From NCBI GenBank assembly GCA_041665485.1, contig JBAYIT010000001.1, positions 204,270 through 268,269 on the forward strand: DNA of 64,000 nt, written 5' to 3'. The notes below the pieces were generated by a model. The model was not told the DNA's origin. It was given only the letters and a program-made list of their open reading frames with translations, and did not search any database. Positions within the stretch are counted from its first letter, which is position 1. Each line of letters opens with the position of its first letter. Of this stretch, positions 39,001-45,310 are shown one piece after another. The position numbers and the translations under genes were made by a program. The stretch is from Candidatus Shapirobacteria bacterium. Its GTDB lineage: Bacteria; Patescibacteriota; Microgenomatia; UBA12405.

Positions 39001-41522
39001 TCGGCGGTGATGGTGGCGCTTCCGCCGGTTATATTGGCGGTTAGATTTCTTAAAACCGAGAGGTCATTATTATTGACAGTGGAATTTCCGGTGTAAGTGG
39101 TGTCGTTGATAATATCTAACTTATTAGTGGGGCTGGTGGTGCCAAGGCCAAAATTGCCGGTGCCAAAAAAGCCGAAGTTATTGCCATTAAGATCGATTTT
39201 GGTGAGTTGGTTGAGAGTGCCACCGAGACCAACAGTTCGAGAAGTTTCAGTTAAGCCGTTGTTGAAAGTATAGGCACTGCCAAAAGCCAGAGCACCAAGA
39301 ATGTTTTTGTATAAATTGCCAGAGGCATCAGTAAAGACGGCGGTGGTGCCGGTGCCAGTAGAACCAAGGCCTAAACCACTAAAATTAACCGTACCACCAA
39401 CTCCCAAACTTCCTGTTCCCCCGACTTGGAGTCTGTAGGTAGGATTGGTGGTGCCGATACCAACATTGCCGATATTTGTAATTGTGACCCTATCGTTAGT
39501 TCCTAAAGCACCAGTGTTGTTAGAAAAGGTAAACGCCCCCGAATTACTATTATCAGCTCCAATTGTCCAAGCGTTTGCTCCCTGAGTGGTATCAAAATAT
39601 ATAGATGGGTCTCCGGCCAAACCTCCTGCAGTTTTAATTATAATTCCTGCGTTAGAATTAGCCGTGTTACTGGTATTTTGTATCGTCATTCCATTGTTGC
39701 CACCTGAGTTACTACCACCAACTGTGAATGCAGGTAATCCGTTTGCGTTTATGGTTACAGCTCCAGTGAAGTTGCCATCTCCAGCAACATTAAGAAGGGC
39801 AGTAGCGTGGGTACCACCAATACCTAATTTAGTGAAATTACCAGCACCATTAACGTCAAGAGTGTAGAGAGGGAGGGTGGTTCCAATTCCGACATTGCCG
39901 GATCCGTCGATAGTTAATCTTCGGGTAGCATTTGTATATAAACTAAATTTGTTGTTTCCGGCAACACCGATTAGTGCATTTGTGGCTGTTCCTGAATCAA
40001 AGCCCGCATCACTTCCCCAATAAGATAAAGCCGTACTACCGACTTTTAAATATTGATAGGTTCCACTGGCAGCTACGCCGTTGATGGTAATTGCACCTGA
40101 TACTTCTATTTTTGTAGTTGGGTTGGTTGTTCCGAGGCCGACTCGGCCAGTGGCGTAATCGAAATACATAACTTCAGTATTACCAATATTAAGTCTGGTA
40201 TTTTGGGTGAGGGCGCCGCCGAGGCCGAAAACATTAGTAGAGATAGCGGATAAACCATTGGTGGTGGAGTAAGTCGTGCCGATGGCGGTGTCGGAGAAAG
40301 CCAGAGAACCGAGAACACGGCGGGTGATAATGTTGGTGGATGGATCAATGAAGAGGGCGGTGGTGCCGGCGCCAACGATAGTGGAGTTTGAAAGGGTTAG
40401 AGCGCCACCAATGTAAACGTTGCCGGAGGCGCCAACGGAAAAACGAGTATTCAATTGAGTGTTGCCAACCCCTAAATCGTAGTTTTGAAATTGAAGAAAA
40501 TTGTAATTATTGGAATAGTTACTTCTGACGATGCCGGAATAAAGATTACCGGAAACCATGTTGGCGTCGGCTTCGGCTTGAACAAAGCCACCAACAGCAG
40601 GGGCGTTCATTTCAAAAGAAAGATCAAGAATGCCGCCAGCATCGGGGTTGATGGTGATGTTGCCACCACTGCCGTCGCTAGCTTTGAGGAGCATGGCTTG
40701 GCCTTCGATGCCAAAAGTGCCGGAAACTGATTTGATGGTGGGGGAGGTTTCGCCAAGGTTGAGGTTGCCAGAGTTATCAAAAACAGCGACGGTATTTTTG
40801 TAACCGATGCCGGAGGTGCCAAGGCCCAAACCCTGAAGAGTTTCGGAATTAAGGGCATAGGCGACGGTGGCAATTTGCTGGCGGGGGTCCATTACTTCGG
40901 TGCCGGCGGTAATTTCTAGCCAAACTTCGGCGTTTTCAGAGAAAACGCTGGGAGGGATTTCAGTGCCGTGAGTTTTGCCAATGACGACATTAAAAATGCC
41001 ATTGTCGTCGGGTTTAACAACTTGACTATTGCCGGTGCCGGAGGTGTAGAGAGAGGTGCCGGCGCCAAGCGTGCCATTGTTCCAGAGTTTAAAAATAATG
41101 CCGGTTTCGGAAGTGATGGGATTGCTGTAGGAATCGGTGAGACGGCCTTGAAAGGAGAGAATTCTGCCGGGGCGGATGGGGGAGGAGGTGGTGGAATAGG
41201 CAAGGTTTTTGCGGGCTTTGAGGATGGTTTGGGAATAGAGGCCGTAGGTGAGACCGGCGAATAATATGAGGAGGGTGGAGAGAACGAGATAACGACTAAA
41301 TGAGATCCTAGATGTTAGATCCTGGATCCTAGATTGGAGGTTGGATGGGGTTGGGGATGGTGGTTGGTAACTGGTAATAAACTTCTTTTTAATTAAGAAT
41401 TTTTTGAAGACGGAGATAGAGGAGAGCTTGCGGTTGATGGTGGCGGGGGAAAGATTTTGGGACTTTAAGTAGTCTTGGTAGGAGGAGAGACGAGAATGAT
41501 CGAAATACTCTTTGAGTTGCAA
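27021..41522 (-). CDS. Giant (4833 aa) membrane-anchored surface protein with tail-fibre-like repeats, an N-terminal integrase core-binding-like domain and the C-terminal 'WWIIN' domain
   Basis: Single uninterrupted ORF. N-terminus 'SYQDYLKSQNLSPATINRKLSSISVFKKFL' (tyrosine-recombinase SAM-like motif), then TM 'YLVLSTLLILFAGLTYGLY'. More than 4000 aa of G/T/S/N-rich repeats with 'GNVGIGTT.P.YKL.V.G'. Five 'SNIQDL(R/K)SK' motifs. C-terminus '…IDNPLDHNIDINWWIIN'. Confidence 0.8.
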   Translation of the reverse strand: MQLKEYFDHSRLSSYQDYLKSQNLSPATINRKLSSISVFKKFLIKKKFITSYQPPSPTPSNLQSRIQDLTSRISFSRYLVLSTLLILFAGLTYGLYSQTILKARKNLAYSTTSSPIRPGRILSFQGRLTDSYSNPITSETGIIFKLWNNGTLGAGTSLYTSGTGNSQVVKPDDNGIFNVVIGKTHGTEIPPSVFSENAEVWLEITAGTEVMDPRQQIATVAYALNSETLQGLGLGTSGIGYKNTVAVFDNSGNLNLGETSPTIKSVSGTFGIEGQAMLLKASDGSGGNITINPDAGGILDLSFEMNAPAVGGFVQAEADANMVSGNLYSGIVRSNYSNNYNFLQFQNYDLGVGNTQLNTRFSVGASGNVYIGGALTLSNSTIVGAGTTALFIDPSTNIITRRVLGSLAFSDTAIGTTYSTTNGLSAISTNVFGLGGALTQNTRLNIGNTEVMYFDYATGRVGLGTTNPTTKIEVSGAITINGVAASGTYQYLKVGSTALSYWGSDAGFDSGTATNALIGVAGNNKFSLYTNATRRLTIDGSGNVGIGTTLPLYTLDVNGAGNFTKLGIGGTHATALLNVAGDGNFTGAVTINANGLPAFTVGGSNSGGNNGMTIQNTSNTANSNAGIIIKTAGGLAGDPSIYFDTTQGANAWTIGADNSNSGAFTFSNNTGALGTNDRVTITNIGNVGIGTTNPTYRLQVGGTGSLGVGGTVNFSGLGLGSTGTGTTAVFTDASGNLYKNILGALAFGSAYTFNNGLTETSRTVGLGGTLNQLTKIDLNGNNFGFFGTGNFGLGTTSPTNKLDIINDTTYTGNSTVNNNDLSVLRNLTANITGGSATITADANSSIGVSNTTNLNFNHTVGNNSNNILIVGVNYQNSLTRTVSGIYWNGTPLTKATTASGTQTWADIWYLVAPTPGTYSIGITMSGQAASLVAGAASFYNVNQITPIGVATTASGMNTNLSIGTSSNASEIVFSTLSVNNVRTVTLGAGQTSLWNQGINQVTGVASYQIGAANTSSSYTINTLSIWAGATVSLQPATGGSLSILNPLVNFSSKCTESSGSCSDTANILNLSQLYTKATGTVFSIGSSGSGNLASLVSSNSSGNGLNLDIGSTSSSNYSLKITSGSGANTNLYIQANGSVGIGNTSPAYKLDVTGSGRFTTNLDVGGTLAVTGRSTFAQNLFVNAGGIGVTGNSSFTNNVGIGGTLTLSASTVAGSGTTALFIDSNNVVSKRALGALAFLDSTASTYNWIAKASSNQTISGGTTLSFTGLNGITSTSVGTSQITFGLGGTLTQNTFINTGTNNLYIMGVNNNTQALAITTAGNVGIGTTAPLYPLQVAGAGVFTKLGVGGTSTASIYTNADLSVGTTTTTASLNLSNTAIGGSSVAAFLSGNSGLIGYLDTSSWDKSGSDDRWFLQATGAGSTAIGVGVTVNFANGTNILNTISGSTVTIGTTNAPTFSASVFSPIFSNNGSALTLGHASGLTTILGSGITLTPNTSFTANVGIGGTLTLSASTVAGTGTTALFIDSNNVVSRRALGGLAFQDNTYISWMLAGNTGTAQQVGIGNTASILGYNGIGTSVSGTDQLSIGLGGTLTQNTFINTGANNLYIMGVNNNTQALAITTNGNVGIGTTSPYATFDIGGLITTPILSGSVPKVLISDNVDGISGVQMKNTSTGTNADFRFMVGDTTGQYLAFMVPGVNNNVASILGAARNANDFIINNPNGGTGRGLVIGTYGTNDVILGTNNTANVTIKSGGNVGIGTTAPLYPLQVAGAGVFTKLGVGGTDTNALYVSGNGNLTGNLSIGGTLAVTGRSTFAQNLFVNAGGIGVTGNSSFTNNVGIGGTLTLSASTVSGTGTTALFIDSNNVVSRRALNGLAFDGLLNLQAGTSMVVTGTGVGATISHADTSSQASSDNSNGIVIQDIGLDGLGHLTSLATVDLDSRYAQSANVSWMLAGSLGTAQSIGLGNTASFLAGSGIGTSISGTDALTITNTGVLSLTGTANQILANGTTATAQTGAVTLTLPQNIHTGATPLFAGLTISSGGIGVSGASVFGNTLSIGNTLTLTNVTANTLVRTNATNQLIGTSGTVNQLMHGDLSWGDVTLGTQTAGNYVSTIIGNSQIGVTGTAGEGVGVSLAIIGDSIGDSQLAFNTGQHLTTSSTPLFAGLTISAGGIGVSGASVFGNSLSVGTTLTTASLSVTGNGSVTGTLSVGNTLTATTAAKSPLFMGNGATVTFGNASYLTTIAGLGLTITPNTSFTANVGIGGTLTLSASTVAGTGTTALFIDSNNVVSKRALGGLAFQDNTYISWMLAGNTGTAQQVGIGNTASILGYNGIGTSVSGTDQLSIGLGGTLTQNTFINTGANNLYIMGVNNNTQALAITTNGNVGIGMTNPTSPFNVYSNSVTQATFNGWDPIGGAQAYNGSVAIGNNAAYQGLIHYNGNGVANLYIDNTYNSAVLGGIFFRTRTAGTPVDAMSILSAGNVGIGTTAPLYKFQVAGEGVFTKLGVGATHSTYSLFINSGGIGITGTSSFSANVGIGGTLTLSASTVAGTGTTALFIDSNNVVSKRALNGLAFDGLLNLQAGTSMVVTGTGVGATISHADTSSQASSDNSNGIVIQDIGLDGLGHLTSLATVDLDNRYAQSANVSWMLAGSLGTAQSIGLGNTASILGYNGIGTSISGTDQLSIGLGGTLTQNTNINLSSYNLSFLGTGNTQSLYLKANGNVGIGTTGPRVNLDIVGTSGVMIDNVASGNALLYLQGKSTNNSVINFRSNTSTSWSIGRDGSDSHKFKIGYGSETFASGVALVIDATGKVGIATTTPSYTLQVGGTGSLGVGGTVNFSGLGIGTTGVGTTAVFIDSSGNLYKNVLGAGAFTSGAGTLYTAGVGISLSSTNVFSNIGVTSILGTTNQITASNPTGAVTLSLPQNIHTGATPLFAGLTISSGGIGVSGASVFGNTLSIGNTLTLTNVTANTLVRTNATNQLIGTSGTVNQLMHGDLSWGDVTLGTQTTGNYATSNAEGGPALSLYGEDNRSIGPTEVNTSNLKFGFTAYNNNSAGPWADFLHLNSYLDGSGGNQNLLEFNKSSLGMRLYQGSFGSTAAYTTYKDIALVDNNPISGYLTKFTGTTATVSITNSLIYDSGTNIGLGTTNPLYKLHVTGEGVFTKLGVGGTSTASIYTNADLSVGTTTTTASLNLSNTAIGGSSVAAFLSGNSGLVGYLDTTAWDKNGANDFIAATNGLQSIGTSSVGLGGTLTQNTNIGVSSFGLSFLGINSNTQALYIASSGNVGFGTTAPSQKVDISGNLNLSGHLVGGDGTNAPANLINNGNFDYWNIGTSSIPDAWISNGGTFSRDTGYKSTYSLKMVDGGAWQGAKYTVPPRSTLTTARKYTLNFWYKSSSTNTLPLQLGVYDGTSYIVAYGNQTLIKDDAWHWQSTNFTIGDDKTISIFMLTNTGTSHAGDTDWIDSVSLYEGDQANAFSTNYNDYLKYGSVSMFGPLGIGATNSSYKLNVSGSANITTNLTIGGTFVSVGSTNTVTNLSADLLDGQHGSYYLNIGNTGDFVQNQFTADQTANLRINGNAMFGGNVGIGATSTAKLNVIGNGNFTTNLSIGGTLSVGSSATISANGIITGTKFVDIGNTAYYFNTSNSTSISDSSLSLYQSGSIRFNAVAVGSTLRHIVSNAATQIRGYSNGLLLASSTSTTGDITGWDNQLFLNSTGNVGIGTTAPLYKLHVNGDALISTRLGIGSTNALYLLNVGGTASFTNLHASGNVGIGTTAPTSSLHLYSTTGSANNPQLTLTSSPSSPGRYSPSIVFQNNDGSSAGWIGSASRITGGFERGSSWVNSALGFDVGNASAGLSRAMTITNYGNVGIGTTNPLYKLEVNGDALISTRLGIGSTNALYLLNVGGTASFTNLYTTGNVGVGTTAPGYTLDVNGIIKSNNTIYSLTTAGTTPKFILVETGRSTWTLSQPTTTSAFHIDQDGNSRLFIQNSTGNVGIGITNPTYKLQVVGNGYLSTSLSVGSSLIVAGGDIKQGGTDDLRLWAGSGNDFYFYKSDGSVSARIDVSTAAGAETLDQGFTGPNNSFAVYGTRLFSQSFTPQASGSLSKVTLQLWKVGAGSYNFSVQLQNCDGNQPNGTVVATSSNIANTSIGETASPGAEYSLTFSTKPYLQAGTKYCLVTTTSTGGDGSNYINVREKDSSSTYTGGQAGYYNGSVWDTASYTAVDMYFKQYYQNNYGSVLHIGSVDTANADLAENYPSTQNLSTGELVTFDLENTGHVLRAQAGSQKLVGVVSTNPGLLLGSSETSQNVYPIALSGRVPVKITLENGAISPGDPLTASTTIEGRAQKATTSGPIIGKALESSSSCSDPGNCTILALVQPSWFDPDTLLTLDTLGQIVTSPETNIQDPGSKIYHLTSSNGSAVTRLGQFSQALIANLKAGIINTSKLVSNDIETQTITPISNTGIGSTLKIGGDTEVIGSLFAQNIKTPSLNVDHLDSLTSNIQDLKSKTITAQDIGVTTLSANAITALTSNIQDLRSKDATISGILYADQIISREGNFGDLMTQKISALRDEVKKIIDTSTVTTPPEDVLLSQSENWLADISTGSAQITGSLALTDNLVVAGQLAVAGQAELADALISGTLQSGQIIIKDNLIETTASVLYIQPSKVGTINIMNNTLIIADNGDVTVNGNIYLNGTLTAQTATISGSLSTYLITASDIQTTSLTALTSNIQDLRSNKLTILPNVAIAQADPSESATQSAEIASNTTAGTTTLIAGQTEIIILNNQLTSASMVYLTPVGSTNNQVIYIKDKYIDPTSNIQDLKSSFTIAIDNPLDHNIDINWWIIN

Positions 41523-41568
41523 ATTTAATAATTTAAAAATTTAAGAATTTAAAAAATTTTGGAAATTG

Positions 41569-42025
41569 TTAATTTGTGGGTTGTGAATTTGTCCATGTGA
41601 TATATTGGCGTAAATCAGAGATGTAGTTTTTGATAGTTGAAGGGGTGGCATGGTGGGTGGAGAGATAGGTAGCAAACTGTGATATAAGTGCATCAGGGGT
41701 GGGTGGAGGCGGGGAGGCAAGAGAATGGCGAATTTTCTTGAGGGGATTGTGGTCAATCAATTTTTGGTCGAGGGCAAATTGGCAGAAAGAGGAAAGAGAT
41801 GCTAAATACCTCCGGTAGTTAGAATTGGCGGATACTTTGTTAACAAAATCGGAAATTACTTTGGAGTCAAATGGATTACCTTGGCCAACCGAGTCGAAAT
41901 AGGTATAGAGGTCGGAGAGGTAGTTGCGGATAGTGGAATCGGAGTAAGACTTGGATGAAAGCCAGGCACGATAGGAGTTAGAGATCTTAGATCTTAGATC
42001 TTGGATGTTAGATGTTGAGGACATG
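41569..42025 (-). CDS. Stand-alone protein made of integrase N-terminal SAM-like (core-binding) domains, with no catalytic domain
   Basis: 'YSDSTIRNYLSDLYTYF…NYRRYLASLSSFCQFALDQKLIDHNPLKKI' and a second 'ATPSTIKNYISDLRQYITW' match the XerC/D core-binding pattern LSP.TI..Y…L..F..F…NP. Starts 'MSSTSNIQDLRSK'; the ORF track used a TTG start at 42042. Confidence 0.6.
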
Positions 42026-42260
42026 GTTAGCGCCAGAGCCAAACAAAGGAGGTGGCAATGATTAGAAAGGGAATGAGCCGTTCAACTACCGGTTTTACCG
42101 AATATAAAATTTTAGCTTCAAAATTAGACTTTTTAGACATTGTTATCAGTTATTAATAATTAATAATTTAAATATCTACTATATTGAAAAAGCTGTCAAG
42201 AAGGGGAAATTAAGCATTAAATGATGTAGATAGATAGGATCAATTAAGATAGTTTTCAGT

Positions 42261-42286
42261 TACGAGTTACGAGTTACGAGTTTCAC
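42261..42286. repeat. Tandem heptamer repeat (gttacga)3
   Basis: Related heptamers (tacgaat, ctagaat) occur in tandem at 21222-21248, 51616-51646, 54436-54470 and 56641-56690. Confidence 0.6.
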
Positions 42287-42565
42287 GGAGGGTTAACACG
42301 ATGATTTGCCTACTTTAGAAATAGGTCAAACTATTTTAATCAATAGCTTTATTGAGGAATTGGAGATAAGAGCAGTGCGGAGATATGCGGTTTATGATGT
42401 TTGATGTTAGTTGATATATTAGTTTAATAACCAATTTTCAATTTTCAAATACCAATGAATGACATAATGAATTAATTTTTAAATTAAAACATTAAATAAT
42501 TGTAAATTCATTGAAAATTGGATTTTGGAGTTTGAAAATTACTCGGTAATGGTATAATTCTTCTA

Positions 42566-42985
42566 ATGAAAAGTTCGAAGTTGATAGTTTACGGATTGTT
42601 GATGGTGGTGGGAGTGGGATTGATTTATTTCATGACAACACAAGTAATTCCTCGGGCGTTGGTGTCGATGACTAAGGCAGCGCCAAGCCAGAGAGTATCG
42701 TTTACTAATTCGTTGATTTTGGGAGAGAGGGTGTTGGTGACAGCAGATGGAGTGGAAAATGCTAAGGTAAATGTATTCGTAATGGATGATTCAGGCAAGG
42801 GAATACCGAATAGGTCGGTTGAATTATCAGGTCAAGCTGATAGTTCACCAGTAACAGCAACAACTGACGGCGAGGGGATGGCAAGTTTTGAATTTAGTTC
42901 AAAGAAAGAAGGAGTGATTGAGGTGACGGCGAGTATTGAGGGGGTGGATTTGGGCAAGAAGATGCGGGTGACGTTTAGGAATTAA
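42566..42985 (+). CDS. Small membrane-anchored protein with one Ig-like/Big-type domain
   Basis: N-terminal TM 'LIVYGLLMVVGVGLIYF'. The domain 'VLVTADGVENAKVNVFVMDDSGKGIPNRSVELSGQ…' is paralogous to the convergent gene. Confidence 0.5.
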   Translation: MKSSKLIVYGLLMVVGVGLIYFMTTQVIPRALVSMTKAAPSQRVSFTNSLILGERVLVTADGVENAKVNVFVMDDSGKGIPNRSVELSGQADSSPVTATTDGEGMASFEFSSKKEGVIEVTASIEGVDLGKKMRVTFRN

Positions 42986-43398
42986 TAAAACGTAATTTTG
43001 ACTGTCTGGGGTAAAACGGTGGAATTGATTTGGGCTTTGAGGGTGTAGGTGCCGGCTTCCGGAGAGGCGAGGTCGAAGGTGGCTTGGCCGGTGTCGTTGG
43101 TGGTGTCGGAGCTATTGATGGTGATGAGGGGTGAGGGCTTATCTAGAGAAATAAGGAGGTTGGGAATACCCAGACCGCGGGAGTCGAGTAAGAAGACAGT
43201 CAAGCGGATGATTTCTTTGCCGTCGGCTTTGGCAGTTAAGGGAGAGGCGAAAAGATAGGAGTTTTGGCTAAAATCGGTGGTGGTGGGGGAAGAGGAGGCA
43301 CGGGAGTTGAGGTTAGTGGTGCGGTAGATGAGAAAGAGGGTGGCGCCGAGGGCACAGAGGAGAATGAGGATAACGATAAAATTTTTAATTTTAAATTT
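42982..43398 (-). CDS. Convergent paralogue of the Ig-like protein; open frame with a TM segment but no canonical start codon
   Basis: The frame is open from the TAA stop at 43405-43407 and reads 'NLKFKIKNFIVILILLCALGATLFLIYRTT…LTVFLLDSRGLGIPN…KITFY*'. The only Met-like codon is TTG at 43203. The stop codons of the two convergent genes overlap (ttaa). Confidence 0.35.
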   Translation of the reverse strand, partial: KFKIKNFIVILILLCALGATLFLIYRTTNLNSRASSSPTTTDFSQNSYLFASPLTAKADGKEIIRLTVFLLDSRGLGIPNLLISLDKPSPLITINSSDTTNDTGQATFDLASPEAGTYTLKAQINSTVLPQTVKITFY

Positions 43399-43452
43399 TA
43401 AATTTTAAATAAAGATATTGATTTTATTATATCTGTTTTTAGAATTAAAAAT

Positions 43453-44262
43453 TTAGAATTTAGAATTAGACTGAAAAGGGATTAGGCTTTTGGGGAAAAG
43501 AGCAGGAAAGTAGTGCTTGGATTTCTTTTGATTTAGTAGAACTAAAACGATGAGAGTAATGAGGGTGAAGAAATAGCAGAGGAGGAGGATAATTGATAAG
43601 AGGTTACTTTCCGACTTTAGTCGGTAATTCAGGGAGAAAGAGTTAGGAGATGGACTACTGTTAATGAGGGTAGTAGCGAAAAGGCGGTATTGTCCGTAAT
43701 GATCGGTGGGGAGGGAGAAACTAAATCGACCTTGTTGGTTGCTTTTAGTTTCCAGGGGAGGGAGACTGGCGGCGTGGGCTTCGGGGATGAGAGAACGAGT
43801 GGAGCTAACTTGGTAAAAGTGAATCAGAACCAGCGAATTGGGAATTGTTTGGCCAGAGGCCGGAGTGGTGGCGTAAGCTTTGAGATTATCAGCGTCGAGA
43901 GTGAGGGTGGGAGGGAGGATGATGGGGCCTAGGTCAGTGTGATAGTTGTTGGGTGGAGGAGGGGGAATGCAAACAGGAAGAGATCGACGGGAGGATTCGT
44001 CGGTGCTGGAAAGACAAAGATCGGAGGGATTTTCCGGTAATATGGTTTTAGTAAATTCAAAATAGCCATTGGGGTCGGAAAAAGTGAGGGAGTAGACACG
44101 GGGGCTGGTTATTTCAACCCGGGAATTGGGAGAAGTGTAGCCAAAAATAGTTGCTTGATGTAAACCAATAGTCGCGGATATGGAAACGGATTTGACGGAT
44201 TCAATAGAAAACGACGAATTAGGGTTTAGAAAAAAAAGAGCGAAAAGGAGAATTGGGCCCAC
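43453..44262 (-). CDS. Secreted protein with a C-terminal TM anchor and Cna-B/carboxypeptidase-regulatory-like β-sandwich repeats
   Basis: Signal peptide. 'PNGYFEFTKTIL' and 'NQQGRFSFSLPTDHYGQYRLFATT'. C-terminal TM 'LLSIILLLCYFFTLITLIVLVLL' followed by a basic tail. Confidence 0.5.
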   Translation of the reverse strand: MGPILLFALFFLNPNSSFSIESVKSVSISATIGLHQATIFGYTSPNSRVEITSPRVYSLTFSDPNGYFEFTKTILPENPSDLCLSSTDESSRRSLPVCIPPPPPNNYHTDLGPIILPPTLTLDADNLKAYATTPASGQTIPNSLVLIHFYQVSSTRSLIPEAHAASLPPLETKSNQQGRFSFSLPTDHYGQYRLFATTLINSSPSPNSFSLNYRLKSESNLLSIILLLCYFFTLITLIVLVLLNQKKSKHYFPALFPKSLIPFQSNSKF

Positions 44263-44264
44263 AA

Positions 44265-45266
44265 TTATTTGTCCTTATACTTGTTTTTGAGAGAATCGAG
44301 TTCTTTTTCTAGCTCTTCGATTTGAGCGCTAGGAGGGCCTTGGCGGGTGAGGAGTTTGACGATGGCAATGATGATGACGACAGCCAGAAGGGAGAGGATG
44401 ATGAGCTTCCAGGGGATAATCCAGAAGAAGAGAGTGGCGGTGAGAATACCGCCAGCGCTACCGTAGCCGGTAGTTAAATTAGCTTGATAACGGCCAAAGA
44501 GCCATTTGCGGTTTAATTGATTTTCGTAGGTGCGATTGGTGTAAGGAAAAATATTGACCGATTCTAAAGGTAGTTGAGCCGTTTGGCCATTGAGCCAGTT
44601 TTTAATAGTGATTTCGCCGATGGGAGCGATGTGAATATCGGAGAGGTTGTTGATGGTGGTTTTGAAATCAACCGGTCCGTACTCCTGAAAATTAGGAGCA
44701 GTAAATTGGCTAACTTTAGCTTCTTGATTGATTGGCCCGGCAACGGTGATGTAGATGAGGCTACCGACGTTAGTGAGAATGGTGGAGCCGGTTTGAGAGA
44801 GAACAGCTTCGTTGTTGGGAGAATGGAGGACCATGGCATAGTGGCCGCCGGGAGTAGCGTCGTTGGGAGCAATAACGGTTAAAATAAGTGATTTAGTTTC
44901 ACCCGGTTTGAGTTTAAGGTTGGTTTCGGAAACTTGGAGCCAATTAGAAGCGGCCCAGCGATTTTGTTCGGCTGACTTAGCATCGATTTGAGTGGGAGTG
45001 CCAATGTCATTGACGACAACGAAGTCTTTGGTGGAAGTGGTGATAAATCTTTCGACGTTGGATTCGTTTCTGACTTTGAGCTCTTTGGAAACAACTTCTC
45101 CCGGTTTAACGGTGATTTCCAGGCGGGGAGGAATGGCGGTTAGGCCAAGAGCCGACTGTGCGCGTATACCAGTCGGAATTTCCAATGACCAAAAAACAAT
45201 TTCCAAACAAATCACAAAAGCCAATTTCCAAAGAGAATTTGAGTATGAGTTTTGAGATTTGATCAT
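44265..45266 (-). CDS. DUF916/DUF3324-like (CscA-like) cell-surface protein with a C-terminal TM anchor
   Basis: 'LTAIPPRLEITVKPGEVVSKELKVRNESN' is a DUF916-type N-terminal domain. C-terminal TM 'LTATLFFWIIPWKLIILSLLAVVIIIAIVKLL' followed by a charged tail. The signal peptide is encoded by the family-B repeat. Confidence 0.5.
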   Translation of the reverse strand: MIKSQNSYSNSLWKLAFVICLEIVFWSLEIPTGIRAQSALGLTAIPPRLEITVKPGEVVSKELKVRNESNVERFITTSTKDFVVVNDIGTPTQIDAKSAEQNRWAASNWLQVSETNLKLKPGETKSLILTVIAPNDATPGGHYAMVLHSPNNEAVLSQTGSTILTNVGSLIYITVAGPINQEAKVSQFTAPNFQEYGPVDFKTTINNLSDIHIAPIGEITIKNWLNGQTAQLPLESVNIFPYTNRTYENQLNRKWLFGRYQANLTTGYGSAGGILTATLFFWIIPWKLIILSLLAVVIIIAIVKLLTRQGPPSAQIEELEKELDSLKNKYKDK

Positions 45267-45310
45267 TGGAGCTTGTTTGGAACTTGTAGATTTGTAATTT
45301 GTTTTTTAGG

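Noticed and set aside
27021-41522. Dozens of 60-350-aa ORFs on both strands inside the giant gene (for example 28430-29482, 37907-38512, 36599-36994)
   Set aside because: They are low-complexity P/L/V/T-rich translations of the complementary or shifted frames of a highly repetitive G/T/S/N-coding gene. The long sense ORF is uninterrupted for 14.5 kb.
27021-41522. Prophage, based on 'tail-fibre-like' repeats
   Set aside because: No capsid, terminase, portal or other phage structural or replication genes are adjacent. The repeats occur in a single chromosomal giant surface-protein gene.
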